Source of the DNA: Trichormus sp. ATA11-4-KO1
GTDB lineage: Bacteria > Cyanobacteriota > Cyanobacteriia > Cyanobacteriales > Nostocaceae
NCBI GenBank assembly: GCA_019358915.1
Contig: JAHHIM010000036.1
Span: forward strand, 160,001-224,000
DNA: 64,000 nucleotides
Reading direction: 5' to 3'
The number at the start of each line of letters is the position of its first letter. Position 1 is the first letter of the stretch. The notes under the pieces were generated by a model. It was given only the letters and a program-made list of their open reading frames with translations, did no database searches and had not been told where the DNA came from. Below are positions 60,530 to 64,000 of the stretch, one piece after another. The translations under genes were made by a program, and so were the position numbers.

Positions 60530-62797
60530 TTATCTTGTAATTTGCCTCATATAACTGCCCCACAACTGAGCTGCTTGGGCACTGCTGCCGGATGTGGGAG
60601 AATTATTGTCATTACCTAGCCAAATACCAGTGACGAGTCGCCGATTGGGAATAAAGCCTATGTACCATAGGTCAACATTTTTATCGGTCGTACCAGTTTT
60701 ACCAGCTTCCCCAAGTCCAATAGCCGCAGCACGTCCGGTACCATTAGTCACTACCTGGCGCATCATCCGGGTCATTTCGTCGGCTACGCCTGCGGGTAAG
60801 ACGCGCTTATTGGCTTCGCGATTTTGGTCAAAGGAATAAATGACACGGCAGGTTTTAAAATCGTTGCGATCGCTACAATCACCACTATCCAAAATCCGGC
60901 TAATTGCATGGGGTGGATTCCATACGCCACGATTGCTAATAGCACCGAAAGCACCAGTCATTTCTAACACATTGACCACGCTTTGACCCAGCACTAAGCC
61001 AGGAACTGCCTCTAGTGAAGACTTTACCCCCATACGCTTTGCCATGGCTACTACTCTATTTAGCCCTACGTCCTGGGCAATTCGCAGGGCGATAGGATTT
61101 TCCGACAGGGCTAGCCCCGTAGTCATATTTAAAAAATTATTAGCGCCAGTCCTACAGGGTCTGTAGGTAAAGCCTTGCCAAGGGAAAGCAGCACAAGAAT
61201 AAGTCTTGGATGCTGGTATTCCTTGCTCTAGAGCGGCGGCGTAAGCAAAAACTTTAAAGGTAGAACCCGGTTGTCTTTGAGCTTGAACAGCACGATTAAA
61301 CTGGCTGCTTCTAAAATCAGTTCCGCCTACCATAGACAAAATACTACCGCTTCTAGAGTCAAGGGTAACGATCGCTCCTTGAGAAAAGCGCAAGGTTGAC
61401 CCAGCGTTGCTCACTGAATTACGTAACGAGGTTTCTGCTTGGGCTTGAATTCCTGGATCAAGCTGAGTTTCAATAATATAGTTACCTTCTCTAGCAGCGC
61501 CTTCCCCCAAGATTGATTCTAGTTCCTGGAAAACGTAACTATAAAAGTAAGGAGCAATGGTAGCGGCTTGCTGCTCGCAGACTTTGGGGCTAATTTGCAC
61601 AGTTGAGCGTCTGGCTCGGTTGGCTTCCTCTGGTGAAATTTTGCCCATGTCTAACATCCGCCTAATCACGCGATTGCGGTATTCAGAAGCGTCTAATCTA
61701 TTCGAGCCACCACAAAAATTGAAAGCGTTGGGAGCAGGTAAAATTCCCACTAATGTCGCAGCTTCCGCTAGCGTTAATTCTTTGGCTGACTTCTCAAAGT
61801 AATACTGAGCCGCATCTTCAAAGCCGGAGGTATCTACACCCAAAAATACCCGATTTAAATACGTCAGCAAGATTTCATCTTTGCTGTAAAAAGTTTCTAA
61901 CTTGAGGGAAACAATTGCTTCCCGCAGTTTGCGTCCCAAGGAATCTTGAGCGCCAACGTAGTCCCTAAACAAACTCCGGGCTACTTGCTGGGTAACAGTA
62001 CTAGCTCCTTGCTGCACATCACCACTGCGGGTATTAACCAACACGGCTCGCAAAATTCCCAATGGATCGACCCCAAAGTGCCAATAGTAACGACTATCTT
62101 CGGAAGCTACCACGGCTGCGGGCAAATAAGGGCCAAAGTCCTGCAAACGCTTCATATCCACGTGTGAGGTAGTCCGAGGCTCACGCAGGGGAGTCGAGCC
62201 ATCACGGGCATAAATAACTACTGGAGCGCGAGTAGCTGTGGGTAAAGGTCTTACGGAAAATTTCAGCCATTCCACGCCTACGACCAATGCCACTAAGGCA
62301 CTGACACCGCCAACACCATAAGCAGCCCAAGATGCCGCTTTGATGTGCAAAGGTGGTGGATCGACATATTGCAGTCGCACAGAAGCTGCTAGTTCTGGTG
62401 GCCCTAAGGTAAAAATATCACCGTGACGCAGTTCTAAAGAATTGATGCGGCGCTTACCACGATATATCCCGTTTGTGGAGTTTTCATCTTTGATCACAAA
62501 AACGGGGGTGCGTTGAGTCGAATCCCGCGATAGTGACAGGTGAATTTGGCTGACAACTGGGTTGCGAATGACTATATCACAGGATTTGGAACTGCGACCG
62601 AGGATGTAGCGATCGCCCAAAAGCGGATATACCTCTGCCTTATCCGCCCCCGCATCCTGCACCCATATTTCTGGTACTTTGGCATTAGGCTTGAGCGCCA
62701 GCTTAGAAAAGTCAACCTTAGCTTGAATTGTATGTACTGCTTGAGTCAGTTGACCAAGTAAAGTTTGCGGCTTGTGAGGAGGTTGGGGGGAACTCAT
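60530..62797 (-). CDS. Class A penicillin-binding protein (transglycosylase/transpeptidase) with N-terminal FHA domain
   Basis: FHA (LGR, SQIH, STNG), EDSRY..HFGVD, GASTVTQQ, STFK, SEN and KTGT motifs. Confidence 0.93.
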   Translation of the reverse strand: MSSPQPPHKPQTLLGQLTQAVHTIQAKVDFSKLALKPNAKVPEIWVQDAGADKAEVYPLLGDRYILGRSSKSCDIVIRNPVVSQIHLSLSRDSTQRTPVFVIKDENSTNGIYRGKRRINSLELRHGDIFTLGPPELAASVRLQYVDPPPLHIKAASWAAYGVGGVSALVALVVGVEWLKFSVRPLPTATRAPVVIYARDGSTPLREPRTTSHVDMKRLQDFGPYLPAAVVASEDSRYYWHFGVDPLGILRAVLVNTRSGDVQQGASTVTQQVARSLFRDYVGAQDSLGRKLREAIVSLKLETFYSKDEILLTYLNRVFLGVDTSGFEDAAQYYFEKSAKELTLAEAATLVGILPAPNAFNFCGGSNRLDASEYRNRVIRRMLDMGKISPEEANRARRSTVQISPKVCEQQAATIAPYFYSYVFQELESILGEGAAREGNYIIETQLDPGIQAQAETSLRNSVSNAGSTLRFSQGAIVTLDSRSGSILSMVGGTDFRSSQFNRAVQAQRQPGSTFKVFAYAAALEQGIPASKTYSCAAFPWQGFTYRPCRTGANNFLNMTTGLALSENPIALRIAQDVGLNRVVAMAKRMGVKSSLEAVPGLVLGQSVVNVLEMTGAFGAISNRGVWNPPHAISRILDSGDCSDRNDFKTCRVIYSFDQNREANKRVLPAGVADEMTRMMRQVVTNGTGRAAAIGLGEAGKTGTTDKNVDLWYIGFIPNRRLVTGIWLGNDNNSPTSGSSAQAAQLWGSYMRQITR

Positions 62798-63235
62798 CGG
62801 CTATTCACATCACAGTTATTGGCAAAGATCGGGCGAATGACAATCTGGATACAGATCTTCCACCATTTTACTCATAAGCCAAAAAATAAATTGGCTGTAC
62901 GGAATTCTTGCCGATTCCATCTTACACCAAGCCCATATTGCCCCAGTAAATTTACTTTATTGGCTTAGTTACTGTTTTATATGTGTAAAAATTTTCTTTT
63001 CTAGTCTTTTATGCTGATTTGATCTATTATTTTTTAGGCAATGATCAGGGTTATTACTTGCGCTTTTGTATTGCTCAAAACTAGTGAGTAATTTCCAGCA
63101 AATTTAAAGTTTACATCTGAAGATATCCTTACATTTTGCCGGAAATTTATACATCTTCATTTAGGCAGATTTTCTCCAATCAGTTGTCTGATTTAATTGG
63201 CGGAATGTTCTGTTTCCGTTGAGGTGAATTTCAGA

Positions 63236-63739
63236 ATGAAGGGAAAATCTCTGACCCTGATGGGTACAGCTTTAACATTGGCACTCACTACCAATGTTGC
63301 TTTTGCCCAATCAAGTAAATCCCCGATAGCCGACTCCAATAACTTGTCCACTAGTTCGCCAACGGAAATCAAGCTTTCACCAGAAGGAATGAAAATTCTG
63401 TGTGAGCGCTCCCCTCTAAATTCCCGTTGTCCAGGAGGTACAGCAGTCATTTCTCCCGCTTCTGGTAGTACATTACCAGAAACCCCGCCTTCTGAGAGCA
63501 ACACCACTCCTGAAAGTACAACAGCACCAGAGACTTTAATGGTACCTGAGTCTGATACTCCAAGTAGCACAACAACACCAGAGACTTTAATGGTACCTGA
63601 GTCTGACACTCCAAGTAGCACAACAACACCAGAGACTTTAATGGTACCTGAGTCTGATACTTCGGGTAACTTAACACCAACACCAAAAACCTTCATGGTA
63701 CCTGAGTCTGGCACTCTTGGTGAATCCATCTCCAGGTAA
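63236..63739 (+). CDS. Secreted low-complexity protein with a Cys pair and 17-aa tandem repeats
   Basis: Signal peptide (AFA-Q); ILCERSPLNSRC; PETLMVPESDT x3 plus one degenerate unit. Confidence 0.8.
   Translation: MKGKSLTLMGTALTLALTTNVAFAQSSKSPIADSNNLSTSSPTEIKLSPEGMKILCERSPLNSRCPGGTAVISPASGSTLPETPPSESNTTPESTTAPETLMVPESDTPSSTTTPETLMVPESDTPSSTTTPETLMVPESDTSGNLTPTPKTFMVPESGTLGESISR
63515..63716 (+). repeat. In-frame 51-bp tandem repeat (about 4 units)
   Basis: CCAGAGACTTTAATGGTACCTGAGTCTGA core recurring at a 51-bp period. Confidence 0.9.
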
Positions 63740-64000
63740 ATTACCAGAATATAGTGTGCTAAAAACTCCCATTAAGGGTGGTTAAAAGCTCAAATTTAAT
63801 TCTGATATTAATTTGCTGTTAAAGATGGTCGGTGCATCTTATGTCTTGTACCAATTGCATTACCTGGTGCAAGATGTAAATCGCTCGAACCAATAATGCA
63901 AGTCTTGCGTATAAGACTAAAAAGGGTTTTAGCTTTCACCGGCCTGGGTTATTCACCCAGGCTATATTGCTTAAAGTGAGATTTATTTATACAATTTATC

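Noticed and set aside
63515..63716. Regularly spaced ~29-bp repeats resembling a CRISPR array
   Set aside because: The spacers are nearly identical, the 51-bp period is in frame within a signal-peptide ORF, and no cas genes are present.
63193..63729. 178-aa antisense ORF, and the many other ORFs overlapping assigned genes
   Set aside because: These are shadow frames of well-supported genes with no independent motifs.

Overview
Chromosomal window from a filamentous heterocyst-forming (Nostocales-like) cyanobacterium. The assignment rests on frequent HIP1 (GCGATCGC) sites, heptamer tandem repeats, and genes such as petM, nblR, acsF, katB and cyaD. Most of it is housekeeping, envelope and signalling genes, plus an AT-rich galactofuranose polysaccharide export locus (about 30.4-38.2 kb). 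The most striking element is a five-gene minus-strand redox cassette (50.9-55.1 kb). It encodes two duplicated exported thioredoxins carrying Cys-rich (NPCAAK)n repeats, a CcdA membrane electron carrier, and an NTRC-like reductase split into separate NTR and Trx genes. Both exported thioredoxin genes share a conserved ECF-sigma-like promoter. Other notable items are two in-frame micro-insertions into HIP1 sites inside genes (acsF and a hybrid kinase), two near-identical 173-bp MITEs with about 10-bp target duplications, nested small hairpin repeats with compensatory changes, gene remnants missed by the ORF track (ho, msrA, a toxin), petM, an ethylene-receptor-type kinase, and a candidate structured RNA plus palindrome upstream of katB. 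No tRNA, rRNA or CRISPR array was recognised. All family assignments are from motif recognition by eye; no searches were run.
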